64,000 bases of DNA from Salinivirgaceae bacterium (GCA_050179685.1 JBFXEW010000005.1:13911-77910), one strand, 5' to 3'; shown: positions 10,009 through 21,056, counted from the stretch's first letter. Notes: a model not told the origin generated them from the letters alone. Numbers and translations: made by a program.

Positions 10009-10773
10009 ATGAATAAAATTTTGATATTGCTAATTGTAGGAAGTTTAATGTGTTCATTTATAAGCTGTTCAAATTCAAAGAAAACAAAAATTGAGCATCA
10101 AAAAACTGAAAATACTTACCTGGCTTTTAAAGCTCAAACTCCTCCTGAAATCGATGGTTTATTAAATGACGACTGCTGGAAATCAGCTATATGGGATACA
10201 CTCGATCAAGTCTGGTTGGGAGCAGCTTTTAGTCCCGACGATTTTCAAGGGCGTTACTGCATAGCCTGGGACGATAGTTTGTTGTATCTTTTTTTAGAAA
10301 TAATTGACGACTCACTGACTAATTTTTACAGCAATCCTTTAGTTCAGTATTGGGACGATGATTGTGTCGAAGTATTTATTGATGAAGACCATTCCGGAGG
10401 CAATCACCAATTCAATCATCAGGCTTTTGCTTACCATATAAGTTCCACAATGGACGCTATCGACATTGGGCCTGATAAACAAGCCCATTATTACAATCAC
10501 CATATTAAAGGAGCCATCAATCAAAATAAAACAAAATATTCATGGGAACTGGCCATCCGGATTTTTGGGAAAGCATATTCCGATTCTACAGACGATAATC
10601 GGCCTTTAACCTTAACAAACAATAAAACCATGGGATTCAGTCTGGCCTACTGCGATAACGACAGCTCGGAATTTCGTGAAAATTTTATTGGTTCAGTGAA
10701 TAGCCCGGGGCATTTTAATAACGATGGCTGGATAGATGCCAGTTGCTTTGGCAAATTAATTTTGGTGGAATAG
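10009..10773 (+). CDS. lipoprotein with CBM9-like carbohydrate-binding domain
   Basis: The ATG at 10009 gives MNKILILLIVGSLMCSFISCS (lipobox). The PPEIDGLLNDDCWKSA...DDDCVEVFIDEDHSGG pattern is typical of family-9-like binding modules. The upstream GTG at 9955 is less likely. Confidence 0.55.
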   Translation: MNKILILLIVGSLMCSFISCSNSKKTKIEHQKTENTYLAFKAQTPPEIDGLLNDDCWKSAIWDTLDQVWLGAAFSPDDFQGRYCIAWDDSLLYLFLEIIDDSLTNFYSNPLVQYWDDDCVEVFIDEDHSGGNHQFNHQAFAYHISSTMDAIDIGPDKQAHYYNHHIKGAINQNKTKYSWELAIRIFGKAYSDSTDDNRPLTLTNNKTMGFSLAYCDNDSSEFRENFIGSVNSPGHFNNDGWIDASCFGKLILVE

Positions 10774-10779
10774 CTTTAT

Positions 10780-11214
10780 TTATCCAACCAACGACAAAGT
10801 AAAGTAAGCCCAAACGGCATAACGAGCGGCCTTTCCTATCAACATTCCGATGCCTACCCGCAATGGCGATACGTGCAATAAGCCCAGTGCAACCGCAATT
10901 ACGTCGCCTACCAAAGGCAACCAGCAAAAAAATGCAATCCAGGCTTCTTTACCCGCAATAAAAGTTTTAAAACGCTCAAGTTTTGTATTATCAATTCTCA
11001 GGTATTTTTCAATCCATACTTCCTTACCCAAATATCCAAGATAAAAAGAAGTTAGTCCTCCCAACCAATTTCCTAAAGTAGCAAGAATAAGACTTGGAAT
11101 GGCGGCATATCCCGCAGCCAACATTCCCGACAAAATTACTTCAGAACTAAATGGCACTACCGTTGCTGCCAAAAAACTGGCTAAAAAAAGTCCCCAATAT
11201 CCTAACTCAAACAT
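10780..11214 (-). CDS. YqaA/DedA-family membrane protein
   Basis: 144 aa with 4 predicted TM segments. The N-terminus GYWGLFLASFLAATVVPFSSEV is characteristic of the family. Confidence 0.7.
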   Translation of the reverse strand: MFELGYWGLFLASFLAATVVPFSSEVILSGMLAAGYAAIPSLILATLGNWLGGLTSFYLGYLGKEVWIEKYLRIDNTKLERFKTFIAGKEAWIAFFCWLPLVGDVIAVALGLLHVSPLRVGIGMLIGKAARYAVWAYFTLSLVG

Positions 11215-11475
11215 CTTTTATAGTTATCTGTGGCATTTAATCTGAAAAATATACTGTAGCAATTTATTTTGTTGAATGCGGGCTCAAAAATAAGAAAAGA
11301 AAGCAAAGTACAGTAACAATAAGCAAATTGCTACAACACTTCGCATTGATGGCTTTGCTTTAACTTTTAAAACGCAAGCAATACGAATTAAATCATAGGC
11401 AAACATGTTTTCAAGCGCTTGCAGTTTTCTTTTATAAAACCTCAATTTTCGTTTCATTTGTGAAAAAATTTGAAT

Positions 11476-12039
11476 ATGGCTTTTCTTACCCTGCTCTTAA
11501 TTGCAGTTGGACTGGCAATGGATAGTGTTACGGTTTCCATTTCGTGTGGATTGATTCTATATAAATTCAATTTCCGAAACAGCCTTCGCATTGCCCTGTT
11601 TATGGGTTTTTTTCAAGGTTTGATGCCTGTACTTGGTTGGATGCTAGGAAGTACTTTTAACGAATATGTACTATCGGTAGATCACTGGATTGCTTTTGCT
11701 ATTCTTCTGTTCCTGGGATTACGCATGATTTATGAGCATTTTACTACCCGCGACGATTTTAAATGCTTCGATCCTACCAGCTATAAAGTATTAACCGGCT
11801 TGGCTCTTGCTACCAGCATTGATGCTTTAGCCGTTGGAATTACATTCAGTTTAATCGAGATTTCAATCCTTTATTCAGGGCTCCTGATTGGTTTTACATC
11901 ATTCGTACTTTCTTTTTTCGCAGTTTATCTGGGGAGTAAATTCAAGCAAAAAATGAAAATCCCCTTTGAACTAATCGGAGGTTTAATTTTAATATTAATT
12001 GGTATAAAAATTCTGATTGAACATTTATCGACTCATTAA
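11476..12039 (+). CDS. mntP: manganese efflux pump MntP
   Basis: AFLTLLLIAVGLAMDSVTVSIS... and the second half-repeat TSIDALAVGITFS match the MntP duplicated-domain pattern. The ORF track starts at TTG 11470; ATG 11476 is preferred. Confidence 0.85.
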   Translation: MAFLTLLLIAVGLAMDSVTVSISCGLILYKFNFRNSLRIALFMGFFQGLMPVLGWMLGSTFNEYVLSVDHWIAFAILLFLGLRMIYEHFTTRDDFKCFDPTSYKVLTGLALATSIDALAVGITFSLIEISILYSGLLIGFTSFVLSFFAVYLGSKFKQKMKIPFELIGGLILILIGIKILIEHLSTH

Positions 12040-12098
12040 AATTATACATTTACACCCAAACTTTAAACGAAAACTTTTGTTTAACTAAACTTTATTCA

Positions 12099-14141
12099 AT
12101 GAAAAAACTATTGGTTATGATAACATTTGCAGGAATGCTGGCAACAGCTTGTCAGAATACTTCGAAGGAACCTGATAACGAAAACAGTTTCAGCTATTTG
12201 GTGGAACAGTTTGCTGATTTAAAAATAATGCGCTATCAGGTGCCCGGATTTGATTCCCTTACACTAAAACAAAAAGAATTGGTTTACTACCTGAGTCAGG
12301 CTGCTTTGTGCGGACGTGATATACTGTATGATCAGTTTTATGAGCACAACCTGACGGTGCGAAAAACCAACGAAGCTATTATTGAAAGCTTTACAGGCAA
12401 CAGAGAAACGGAGGAGTTTATTAATTTTACCACTTATGTTAAACGGGTTTGGTTCAGTAATGGTATTCACCATCATTACAGTACCGATAAGTTTTTCCCG
12501 GAAATTGAACCCTCTTATTTTGCTGAATTGATTAAGCAGAGCAATCAGGAATTGTTTCCCTTAAAAAACGGGGAATCGATGGATGAATTCATACAACGTA
12601 TTACTCCGATTATTTTTGATAAAGAATTGGATGCCAAACGAATTGTTCTCGACAGTTCAAAAGACATTGTTAAGGCATCGGCATCAAATTTTTATAAAAA
12701 CGTATCGCAGGTCGAAGTAGAAACTTTCAACGCATCGTTTATACAACCTAATCCTGATAAACCACTTTCAGTTGGGCTAAACAGTCAATTGGTAAAAGAA
12801 AACGGCGTGGTTAACGAACGGGTTTACAAAGCCGATGGATTGTATGGAGCTGCCATAAAGCAAATCATATTTTGGCTCGAAAAAGCCAAATCGGTTGCAG
12901 AAAATCACATACAGGAAAAAACACTGGAACTGCTTATATCTTATTATCAAACCGGCGATTTAAAAACCTGGGACGATTTGAATGTGGTTTGGGTCGAAGA
13001 TTCTTTATCGAGCATCGATTTTGTTAATGGATTTATCGAAAACTATGGCGATCCGATGGGAATGAAAGCTACCTGGGAAAGTGTAGTGAATTTTAAAGAT
13101 AAGGAAGCTACCAAACGTACCGAAATTATAAGTTCAAATGCCCAGTGGTTCGAAGACAATGCGCCTATCGATCCCCGCTTTAAAAAGCCTGAAGTAAAAG
13201 GCGTTTCGGCTAAAGTAATAACCGTAGCTCAATTGGGCGGCGACTGTTATCCTTCAACACCCATTGGCATTAACCTGCCCAATGCCGACTGGATTCGTCG
13301 CGATCACGGTTCCAAATCGGTAACCATGGAAAATATAACTTATGCCTACGACAAAGCTGCCGAAGGAAACGGTTTTCTGGAAGAATTTGCCGCATCGGCC
13401 GAAGAAATTTCGCTGGCAAAAACTTTTGGCCCAAAAGCCGGAAACCTGCATACCGATTTGCATGAATGCCTGGGGCATGGTTCAGGTCAATTGTTACCCG
13501 GAACCAGTTCCGAAGCATTAAAAAACTACAGCTCAGCACTGGAAGAATCTCGTGCCGATTTATTTGCACTGTATTACCTGGGCGATGAAAAAATGATTGA
13601 ACTGGGGTTAATTGAATCGTTTAATGTGGCTAAAGCAGAATACAACAGTTATTTACGAAACGGAATAATGACTCAGCTTACCCGTATTCAACCCGGAAAA
13701 AACATTGAACAGGCACACATGCGCAACCGCCAGCTTATTTCCAGATGGTGTCTCGAAAAAGGAGCCGACGAAAAAGTGGTTGAACTAATAAAGAAAGAAG
13801 GAAAAAGCTATGTGGTAATTAACGACTACCATAAACTTCGTAGTTTATTTGGAGAATTGCTTGCCGAAATGCAGCGCATCAAATCAGAAGGCGATTACGA
13901 AGCCGGTAAACATTTGGTTGAAACGTATGGAGTACAAGTCGATCCTGAACTTCATGCCGAAGTATTGGAACGTTATAAAAAACTAAACATTGCTCCCTAC
14001 GGAGGTTTTGTGAATCCGGTTTTTACTCCGGTTTACGATAACAATCAATTGGTTGATATAAAGGTTGATTACAGCGAAGGATATACCGAACAAATGCTTC
14101 GTTACAGTAAAGATTTTTCGTTTTTACCTGCTGAAAATTAA
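12099..14141 (+). CDS. dipeptidyl-peptidase III family (M49) metallopeptidase, lipoprotein
   Basis: 680 aa with a lipoprotein signal (LATAC), zinc motif HECLGH and second motif EESRADL, diagnostic for M49. Confidence 0.8.
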   Translation: MKKLLVMITFAGMLATACQNTSKEPDNENSFSYLVEQFADLKIMRYQVPGFDSLTLKQKELVYYLSQAALCGRDILYDQFYEHNLTVRKTNEAIIESFTGNRETEEFINFTTYVKRVWFSNGIHHHYSTDKFFPEIEPSYFAELIKQSNQELFPLKNGESMDEFIQRITPIIFDKELDAKRIVLDSSKDIVKASASNFYKNVSQVEVETFNASFIQPNPDKPLSVGLNSQLVKENGVVNERVYKADGLYGAAIKQIIFWLEKAKSVAENHIQEKTLELLISYYQTGDLKTWDDLNVVWVEDSLSSIDFVNGFIENYGDPMGMKATWESVVNFKDKEATKRTEIISSNAQWFEDNAPIDPRFKKPEVKGVSAKVITVAQLGGDCYPSTPIGINLPNADWIRRDHGSKSVTMENITYAYDKAAEGNGFLEEFAASAEEISLAKTFGPKAGNLHTDLHECLGHGSGQLLPGTSSEALKNYSSALEESRADLFALYYLGDEKMIELGLIESFNVAKAEYNSYLRNGIMTQLTRIQPGKNIEQAHMRNRQLISRWCLEKGADEKVVELIKKEGKSYVVINDYHKLRSLFGELLAEMQRIKSEGDYEAGKHLVETYGVQVDPELHAEVLERYKKLNIAPYGGFVNPVFTPVYDNNQLVDIKVDYSEGYTEQMLRYSKDFSFLPAEN

Positions 14142-14166
14142 GCTGAGTAAAATAAATTTGTCAGAG

Positions 14167-14238
14167 AACGGTAAAATGCTGTTAAACAAAAGGAGTTAAC
14201 TTTTTTTGGGGAACAAAGCATTTTACCGTTGTTTTTTT
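14167..14238 (+). terminator. long-stem terminator-like hairpin after the M49 peptidase gene
   Basis: AACGGTAAAATGCT (14167-14180) pairs with AGCATTTTACCGTT (14217-14230), followed by GTTTTTTT. Confidence 0.5.
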
Positions 14239-14286
14239 AAAAAAAATAGTTTCTTTTGAGTTTTTAAACCCACAAAATTAAAAACA

Positions 14287-15630
14287 ATGATTGCGATTGG
14301 AATTATTCTGGCATTTATCGGACTGGTAATGCTATTATTGCGTCCGCACCTGTCGGAACAAAACGTTTTTGAAGGAGATAAAAAAGTACGTTCAAAAGCT
14401 CCTTCCTATTTGTTAATGTTTACTAAAAGTTCTTCATTAACGCTATTGTTATCCGGACTTTTTGTTGCACTTATTCCTTATCTTTTTTTCTTTGCCGAGC
14501 GAGGCTATACCTATCTTTTGGTTTATCCGTCGGGAAAGCTAAATGCTGTAATGGAACAAGGAATTAAATGGCGCGGTTTAGCAAAGATTGACGAATGGCA
14601 AAAGTATATCGACGTAAAAGTGGTTGGTGAAGATATTGAATCAGATCGCCGAGAACTTGAAGGAGTAATGAAACCTGTTCCCATTCGTTTTATCGATCAG
14701 GTTACAGCTAATGGATACGTTAGCCTTCGTTTTGAATTACCTCACGATAAGGAGTCGTTTATCCATCTGGCCATAAAATTCAGGACCATGAGCAATCTGG
14801 TAAATAATACCATTATACCTACCGTTCGCGAACAATTAATCAACACCGGCTATATGTTTGCTGCCCAAAACTATATTTCGGGCGAAGCCCAGAGTTTCAG
14901 ACAAACATTCGAGGAACAATTAAAAACCGGAACTTATGCCGTTAAAAAAATTGAGCATAAAGACACCATTTATACTGAAATACAAGACGAAAGACAGCGT
15001 CGCATCAAGGAAATTCAAACCCGGTACGAAGTAATTAAAATTACAGAAAATGGTGTTCCCAAACGCTTGCCGCATGAGCTTTCAGAAAACAATGTTTTGG
15101 TATCACAAGTTATAATTGACAAAATTGATTTAGAACCCACTTTTAAGCAACGACTCGAAGCTCAACGTGACGAATCGGCTAAACGACAATTGGAGCAACA
15201 AAAAATTGAAACGGCCAAAGCCGCCCAACAACGTATTGTTGCCGAAGGAGAACGCGACAAAGCTGCCGAGCGTGTTGCTCAGGAAAAAGAACAGGTAAAA
15301 CAATTAATTGCCATTGAAACCAAACTAAAACAAGAGCGCACCAACAAAGAACTGGCCGCCATAGCTCTTGAGACTGAAAGACTAAATGCACAAAAAAAGA
15401 AAGTTGCAGCCGATGCCCAGTTTTATGAAAATGCCAAACTGGTTCAGGCTGGTTTAACTCCCCAGGAACGCGCCGAATGGGATTATAAAACATCAGTAGG
15501 CGTTGCAGCGGAGTTGTCAAAATTAAAATTCCCCGAAACAATGATTACAGCATCTGAAAAAGGTGGAACACCGCTTGAATCGCTGATTGGAGCCGCTATG
15601 GCTAAACAACTGACTGGAACTAAAAAGTAA
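14287..15630 (+). CDS. SPFH/band-7-like membrane protein with long C-terminal coiled coil
   Basis: 447 aa with two N-terminal TM helices, a central SPFH-like region, then an E/K/Q/A-rich heptad-like stretch (RLEAQRDESAKRQLEQQKIETAKAAQQRIVAEGERDKAAER...). Confidence 0.55.
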   Translation: MIAIGIILAFIGLVMLLLRPHLSEQNVFEGDKKVRSKAPSYLLMFTKSSSLTLLLSGLFVALIPYLFFFAERGYTYLLVYPSGKLNAVMEQGIKWRGLAKIDEWQKYIDVKVVGEDIESDRRELEGVMKPVPIRFIDQVTANGYVSLRFELPHDKESFIHLAIKFRTMSNLVNNTIIPTVREQLINTGYMFAAQNYISGEAQSFRQTFEEQLKTGTYAVKKIEHKDTIYTEIQDERQRRIKEIQTRYEVIKITENGVPKRLPHELSENNVLVSQVIIDKIDLEPTFKQRLEAQRDESAKRQLEQQKIETAKAAQQRIVAEGERDKAAERVAQEKEQVKQLIAIETKLKQERTNKELAAIALETERLNAQKKKVAADAQFYENAKLVQAGLTPQERAEWDYKTSVGVAAELSKLKFPETMITASEKGGTPLESLIGAAMAKQLTGTKK

Positions 15631-15651
15631 AATTTTAAACAAATACCCATA

Positions 15652-15680
15652 AAAAAGTCCGGATTATCCCGGACTTTTTT
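15652..15680 (+). terminator. rho-independent terminator
   Basis: AAAAAGTCCGG-ATTATC-CCGGACTTTTT perfect hairpin plus T-run, 22 nt after the stop at 15630. Confidence 0.75.
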
Positions 15681-15815
15681 GTTTCGTCCCATTTTTGTAA
15701 TCCCATTTTTACACCATCTCATCTGCAAACAAAAGCACTCAATTTACCAATAAGACCTTTTTATCTTATTTTAATTCAAAAGAATTGCTAATTTTGCGCC
15801 AAATTTTAGCAAGCA

Positions 15816-16478
15816 ATGAGCGAAACATATTATCACAACATGCACAAAGTGTTGCAGGTTCAACATTTAACCGAACACACTTTTGTGGTACAGTTCGAAC
15901 GTAAAGAAATGCCGTTTATACCCGGACAACATTTGGTTGTAGGCAAAAAAGGCGACAAAGAATTCAGGCAATACTCTATTTACAGCGGATTAAACGATCC
16001 TTACCTGGAAATTTTGGTACGCGAAGTAGAAACCGGCTTGGTTACGCCAAAGTTAAAAAAACTAAAACCTGGCGATGAGTTGGAAATTAATGGGCCCATG
16101 GGTTATTTTACGGTAAGTGAACAACGCCGGCTTACTCATCCGATTGTAATGATAGCCACCGGTACCGGAATTGCTCCTTTTAACAGCTGGGTAAAATCGT
16201 ATCCCGACATGAACTATAAAATGATTCATGGTGTACGCAAAACCGACGAAGCTTATGGAAATGAAATTTATAAGAAAGATCGCTTTGTACTTTGTACTTC
16301 GCAGGAAAAATCGGGAAATTTTAACGGAAGGGTAACCGATTATCTCCAAAAAGCTTATTTTCCGACCGATACTTTATTTTATCTTTGCGGAAACAGCGAA
16401 ATGATTTTTGATGCCATGGAATTGCTTAAAGATAAAGGCATGAACACCAATCAGATGTTTGCCGAAGTTTATTTTTAA
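15816..16478 (+). CDS. compact ferredoxin/flavodoxin-NAD(P)+ reductase-like FAD oxidoreductase (paralog 1)
   Basis: 220 aa with FAD motif RQYSIYS and NAD(P) motif ATGTGIAPF, ending FAEVYF. It aligns end to end with 31782..32429. Confidence 0.7.
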   Translation: MSETYYHNMHKVLQVQHLTEHTFVVQFERKEMPFIPGQHLVVGKKGDKEFRQYSIYSGLNDPYLEILVREVETGLVTPKLKKLKPGDELEINGPMGYFTVSEQRRLTHPIVMIATGTGIAPFNSWVKSYPDMNYKMIHGVRKTDEAYGNEIYKKDRFVLCTSQEKSGNFNGRVTDYLQKAYFPTDTLFYLCGNSEMIFDAMELLKDKGMNTNQMFAEVYF

Positions 16479-16593
16479 TACAAGTAAATAGCATTTAATC
16501 AAAAAAAGACGAATAAAGAGTTCTAAAAATCTAATTTTGTGCGTAAGGAATGGTAGATTTTTCCGTTCTAAACGATTGAAATAGTTACTAATT

Positions 16594-18057
16594 ATGAAAT
16601 ATCACCTGGTAGTTTTGGGCTGTCAAATGAATATCTCTGACAGCGAACGGGTTAAAGCAGTTATTGAATCGATGGGATTTACCCATACCGATAATGAAGA
16701 TGAAGCCACCTTGTTGGGTGTTTTGTCGTGTTCAGTGCGGCAAAAACCTATCGATAAGGTTTACAACAGGATTCATGTGTGGAACAGGCAAAAAAACAAG
16801 CGAAATATCATAACCTTTGTTTCAGGATGCGTGCTGCCCGACGACAGGGAAAAATTCATGAAACTTTTCGATTTTGTATTTCCCATGAGCGAATTGGGCG
16901 ATTTTCCGCAAATGCTTCGTGAATACGGGGTTGCTTCTCCCCTTTCGTTAAGTCAGGATAAAGAAAGTACCCTTAATGTTGAAGAAGCATTAAGTACAGT
17001 TGGCACCAAAAGTGAAAACCAAAACCTACTGAATCCTTTAACAAAATATTCGGCTTCAAAACCTGTTTTACCAAATAATAAAGATATTTTCCAGCTTTGG
17101 AACGTTAAACCACAATATCAATCGGAGTTTGAAGCCTATGTTCCGATTCAAAACGGATGCGATAAGTTTTGTTCCTACTGCGCGGTTCCCTTTACCCGGG
17201 GACGTGAAGTTTCACGCCCATCGGCTGAAATAATTGATGAAGTAACGCAACTAATGAAAAATGGCTACAAATCAATCACACTTTTGGGACAAAATGTAAA
17301 TTCCTATGGCTTGGATCGAGAAGAAGAAATATCGTTTGCCGAATTGCTGACTGAGATTGGAAAAGTTGGTGAATCGCTGCAGAATCCGGCCTGGATATAT
17401 TTTACTTCGCCCCATCCGCGCGATATGAGCCGCGATGTAATTGAAGCCATAGCCAAGTATCCGGTGCTGGCCAAACAAATTCACCTGCCCTTGCAAAGTG
17501 GCGACGATAAAGTGCTTGTTAAAATGAATCGCAAGCACAATTTGGATCGCTACCGCGAAAGTGTTGCCGATATTCGTGAATTAATTCCTCAGGCCACCTT
17601 ATTTACTGACATCATTGTTGGTTTTACCGGTGAAACCGAAGAACAATTCATGAACACCATGCATAGTTTCGATGAATTCCAATACAATATGGCCTACATT
17701 GCTATGTATTCGCCCCGTCCCGGTGCCCAAAGTTACCGCTGGGAAGATGATATTCCCCAGGAAACAAAAAAAGATCGTTTAAAACGCCTGAGCGAAAAAC
17801 TGGAAGAAATTTCAGGTGCTTACAATCAACAATTACTTGGAAAAGAAGTGCAGGTATTGGTTCGTTCAACCGAACGTAAAACCGGTTTCCTTTCGGGACA
17901 TACTGAAGGAAAGCTGGTTACCCGGATAAAAAGTAAGGACCAATCACTAATCGGTAAGTTTGTAAAAGTCCGGATTACTGAAAGCGCCGATTTATCGATT
18001 GCCGGTGAATTGGTTACTGTTTTAGAAGACAAAATTATTCCTGTTTCAATAAGTTAA
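16594..18057 (+). CDS. miaB: MiaB-family radical SAM tRNA methylthiotransferase
   Basis: 487 aa with N-terminal GCQMN, radical SAM CDKFCSYCAVP and a C-terminal TRAM-like domain. Confidence 0.75.
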   Translation: MKYHLVVLGCQMNISDSERVKAVIESMGFTHTDNEDEATLLGVLSCSVRQKPIDKVYNRIHVWNRQKNKRNIITFVSGCVLPDDREKFMKLFDFVFPMSELGDFPQMLREYGVASPLSLSQDKESTLNVEEALSTVGTKSENQNLLNPLTKYSASKPVLPNNKDIFQLWNVKPQYQSEFEAYVPIQNGCDKFCSYCAVPFTRGREVSRPSAEIIDEVTQLMKNGYKSITLLGQNVNSYGLDREEEISFAELLTEIGKVGESLQNPAWIYFTSPHPRDMSRDVIEAIAKYPVLAKQIHLPLQSGDDKVLVKMNRKHNLDRYRESVADIRELIPQATLFTDIIVGFTGETEEQFMNTMHSFDEFQYNMAYIAMYSPRPGAQSYRWEDDIPQETKKDRLKRLSEKLEEISGAYNQQLLGKEVQVLVRSTERKTGFLSGHTEGKLVTRIKSKDQSLIGKFVKVRITESADLSIAGELVTVLEDKIIPVSIS

Positions 18058-18175
18058 GTAAGCTTTATAGTTTTTTAGCTCGCTTTTATAGTTTATATTA
18101 AGATATTCGCATCTTATATAATTTAATATATACAGGAACGGAAGTATAATACACCATTGCAAAAGAAAGAATAAA

Positions 18176-19519
18176 ATGAATGTATCGTTTAAAACCCTGG
18201 GTTGCCGCTTAAATCAGCACGAAACCGATGCTTTGGTTTCGGCTTTCGATCGTGCCGGTTATCAAATAGTCGACTTTAAAGAGCAAGCCGATATCACAAT
18301 TATAAACACCTGTACGGTTACCAGCCAAAGTGACCATAAATCGCGAAACATCATTCAGCAGGCTATACAAACCAATCCCAAAGGCAAAGTTATTGTTACC
18401 GGATGTATGGCTGAGCAATATAAAACCGATTTGGAGCAAATACCAGGTGTGGCTATGGTAATTAATAATAAAGACAAAAGTGGAATACTTAATCTGGTAC
18501 AACAAAAAATTGGTGTCGCTGCTTCAGAACAAACGCATACTGGCGTATTTAATTACGAACCGGTACAAAAAAGCCTGCATACCCGTGCCGCTATAAAAAT
18601 TCAGGATGGATGCGACAATTATTGCACTTTTTGTATCATTCCCCAGGTACGTGGGCGAGCTATCAGTCGTCCGGTTAACGAAGTAATTCAGGCTGTTAAA
18701 GATACGGTTGCCAATGGTTTTAAAGAAATTGTGCTTACCGGAGTAAATATTGGTCGTTATTATCATGAGGGAACCCGCTTTACCGGATTGCTGAAACAAA
18801 TACTGGAAATTCCCGGCGATTTTCGTATCCGTATTTCATCGCTCGAACCCGATGGTTTTGGTACCGATTTTATTGAATTGTTCCGGCATCCCAAACTAAT
18901 GCCGCATTTGCATCTTTGCCTGCAATCGGGATCCGACCAAATTCTCTTGAAAATGAGGCGAATGTATACCATAAGCAATTACATGGACTTGATAAATAAA
19001 ATAAAAGCAAGCTACACCCATTTTAATCTTACTACCGACATAATTGTGGGTTTCCCTGGTGAAACCGATAAACAGTTTAAAGAAACATTAAATATTGTTA
19101 AACAAATCGGCTTTAGTCATGTTCATACCTTTAAATATTCGGTACGCCAGGGAACTTATGCCGAACGGATGCCAAATCATGTGGATGAAAAAATAAAAAA
19201 TAAACGAAGCGAAATGCTCCGAATGCTATCAGATAAAAATAAAAGAAGTTATTATCAGCAGTTTATTGGTAAAACAGAACGTGTGTTGGTAGAAAAAGAT
19301 TTAGGCAATAATTGGTATTTGGGATATGGCGAACATTATATTCCGGTTATGTTTCAACATCCGCAGTATTTAAAGAACCAATGGATGGATGTAAAAATAA
19401 CACAACTCACTGGTGGTGAACGCTTGATGGTTCAGGGCAATGCCATTACTAACCGGATAGTAGCAACTAATAAACAAAAGAAAGCTTATGAGCTCCCAAG
19501 CTATCAAATCGCAGATTGA
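18176..19519 (+). CDS. mtaB: MtaB-type tRNA (t6A37) methylthiotransferase
   Basis: 447 aa with FKTLGCRLNQHETDAL and radical SAM CDNYCTFCIIP. It belongs to the same superfamily as the upstream gene but has the MtaB-type N-terminus. Confidence 0.8.
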   Translation: MNVSFKTLGCRLNQHETDALVSAFDRAGYQIVDFKEQADITIINTCTVTSQSDHKSRNIIQQAIQTNPKGKVIVTGCMAEQYKTDLEQIPGVAMVINNKDKSGILNLVQQKIGVAASEQTHTGVFNYEPVQKSLHTRAAIKIQDGCDNYCTFCIIPQVRGRAISRPVNEVIQAVKDTVANGFKEIVLTGVNIGRYYHEGTRFTGLLKQILEIPGDFRIRISSLEPDGFGTDFIELFRHPKLMPHLHLCLQSGSDQILLKMRRMYTISNYMDLINKIKASYTHFNLTTDIIVGFPGETDKQFKETLNIVKQIGFSHVHTFKYSVRQGTYAERMPNHVDEKIKNKRSEMLRMLSDKNKRSYYQQFIGKTERVLVEKDLGNNWYLGYGEHYIPVMFQHPQYLKNQWMDVKITQLTGGERLMVQGNAITNRIVATNKQKKAYELPSYQIAD

Positions 19520-21056
19520 TATCGATTCAGCGGTGTTTAAAGAAAACTTTGAACACAACCTAAAACTGGCCAACGAGCTAAAAGAAAAGCTGTTAAATGT
19601 AATCGATCACGCCAACAAACAAGCCATCGAAAAGCATAAAGAGCGGGGCAAGTTACTGGCACGGCAACGCATAGACATACTCATTGACGAAGGTACCCCA
19701 TTTCTGGAACTATCGGCTTTAGCTGCCTGCAATCAATGGGAAGACCAATTTCCTTCTGCCGGAGTTGTTGCAGGAATTGGTTTGGTTGAAGGGGTGCAAT
19801 GCATGATAGTAGCCAACGATGCCACGGTTAAAGGAGGAACTTATATAAAGGAAACCATAAAAAAACACGTACGCGCCCAGGAAATTGCGTTACAAAATAA
19901 TTTACCCTGTATTTATCTGGTCGATTCGGGTGGCGTTTTTCTGCCCGAGCAGGCTAATGTTTTTCCCGATCGGTTCGATTTTGGGAGGGTTTTTTACAAC
20001 CAATCCAAATTATCGGCAAAGGGAATTCCGCAGATTTCGGTAGTAATGGGTTCTTGCACAGCCGGCGGAGCTTATGTTCCGGCTATGAGCGATCAAACCA
20101 TTATTGTGAAAAACCAGGGAACTATTTTTATTGGTGGACCACCATTGGTTAAAGCAGCAACGGGCGAAGAAGTTACAGCCGAGGAACTTGGCGGAGCTTA
20201 TGTTCACACCGCCATATCGGGGGTTGCCGATTATCTTGCCGAGGACGATTTAGATGCCTTGAGAATCTGTCGAAACCTGATTCAGCAAGCCAATCAGAAA
20301 AAAGCACCTGAAATTCATGAAGCTGAAGAACCCATTTATCCTGCATCGGAATTGTATGGATTGATTCCGGCTGCCAACAAAAAAACGGTTCATCCCTACG
20401 AAATAATTGCTCGCCTTACCGATGGCAGTTTATTTCATGAATTCAAACAAAACTACGCGGGTAATCTGATTACCGGATTTGCATCCATTGGAGGATTTCA
20501 AACCGGAATTATTGCCAACAATGGTTTTTTAAATGCCGAAGCAGCACGCAAAGGCGCCCATTTTATTGAATTGTGCGATCAAAGAGGGATTCCTTTGTTG
20601 TTTTTACAGAATATTACCGGTTTTATTGTTGGAAAAACCCATGAACATCAAGGTATTGCGCGCGATGGAGCAAAAATGATACACGCCGTAGCCAATGCCG
20701 GAGTTCCTAAAATTACCCTGGTAATTGGTGGTTCGTACGGTGCTGGAAATTATGCAATGGCTGGTCGCGCTTACGATCCTGAATTTTTGTTTTTATGGCC
20801 AAATGCAAAAACAGCGGTAATGGGTGGCGAGCAGGCAGCATCGGTTCTGCAAACTATTAAAAACGATACCAATCAAAAGGAGCATCCTTTGATTCAGCAG
20901 TTTTTTAATGAGAGTTCGGCTTATTTTTCAACTTCGCGACTATGGGACGATGGTATTATTGATCCGCTTGATACCCGGCAAATATTGGCTTTAGCGCTTT
21001 CGGTAGTTACAAACAAAAAAATTAAAAAAGGAACCTACGGAGTTTATCGTATGTAA
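19488..21056 (+). CDS. acyl-CoA carboxylase carboxyltransferase (beta) subunit, methylcrotonyl-CoA carboxylase-like
   Basis: 522 aa with the two-domain carboxyltransferase pattern (VANDATVKGGT..., MGSCTAGGAYVPAMSD, GGSYGAGNYAM). It overlaps the mtaB 3' end by 32 nt. Confidence 0.8.
   Translation: MSSQAIKSQIDIDSAVFKENFEHNLKLANELKEKLLNVIDHANKQAIEKHKERGKLLARQRIDILIDEGTPFLELSALAACNQWEDQFPSAGVVAGIGLVEGVQCMIVANDATVKGGTYIKETIKKHVRAQEIALQNNLPCIYLVDSGGVFLPEQANVFPDRFDFGRVFYNQSKLSAKGIPQISVVMGSCTAGGAYVPAMSDQTIIVKNQGTIFIGGPPLVKAATGEEVTAEELGGAYVHTAISGVADYLAEDDLDALRICRNLIQQANQKKAPEIHEAEEPIYPASELYGLIPAANKKTVHPYEIIARLTDGSLFHEFKQNYAGNLITGFASIGGFQTGIIANNGFLNAEAARKGAHFIELCDQRGIPLLFLQNITGFIVGKTHEHQGIARDGAKMIHAVANAGVPKITLVIGGSYGAGNYAMAGRAYDPEFLFLWPNAKTAVMGGEQAASVLQTIKNDTNQKEHPLIQQFFNESSAYFSTSRLWDDGIIDPLDTRQILALALSVVTNKKIKKGTYGVYRM

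Noticed and set aside
11215-11469. Possible yybP-ykoY (Mn2+) riboswitch upstream of mntP
   Set aside because: mntP is often preceded by this riboswitch, but I could not find the conserved GGGGAGUAG-type core or its partner strand in the 255-nt leader. This should still be checked with cmscan.
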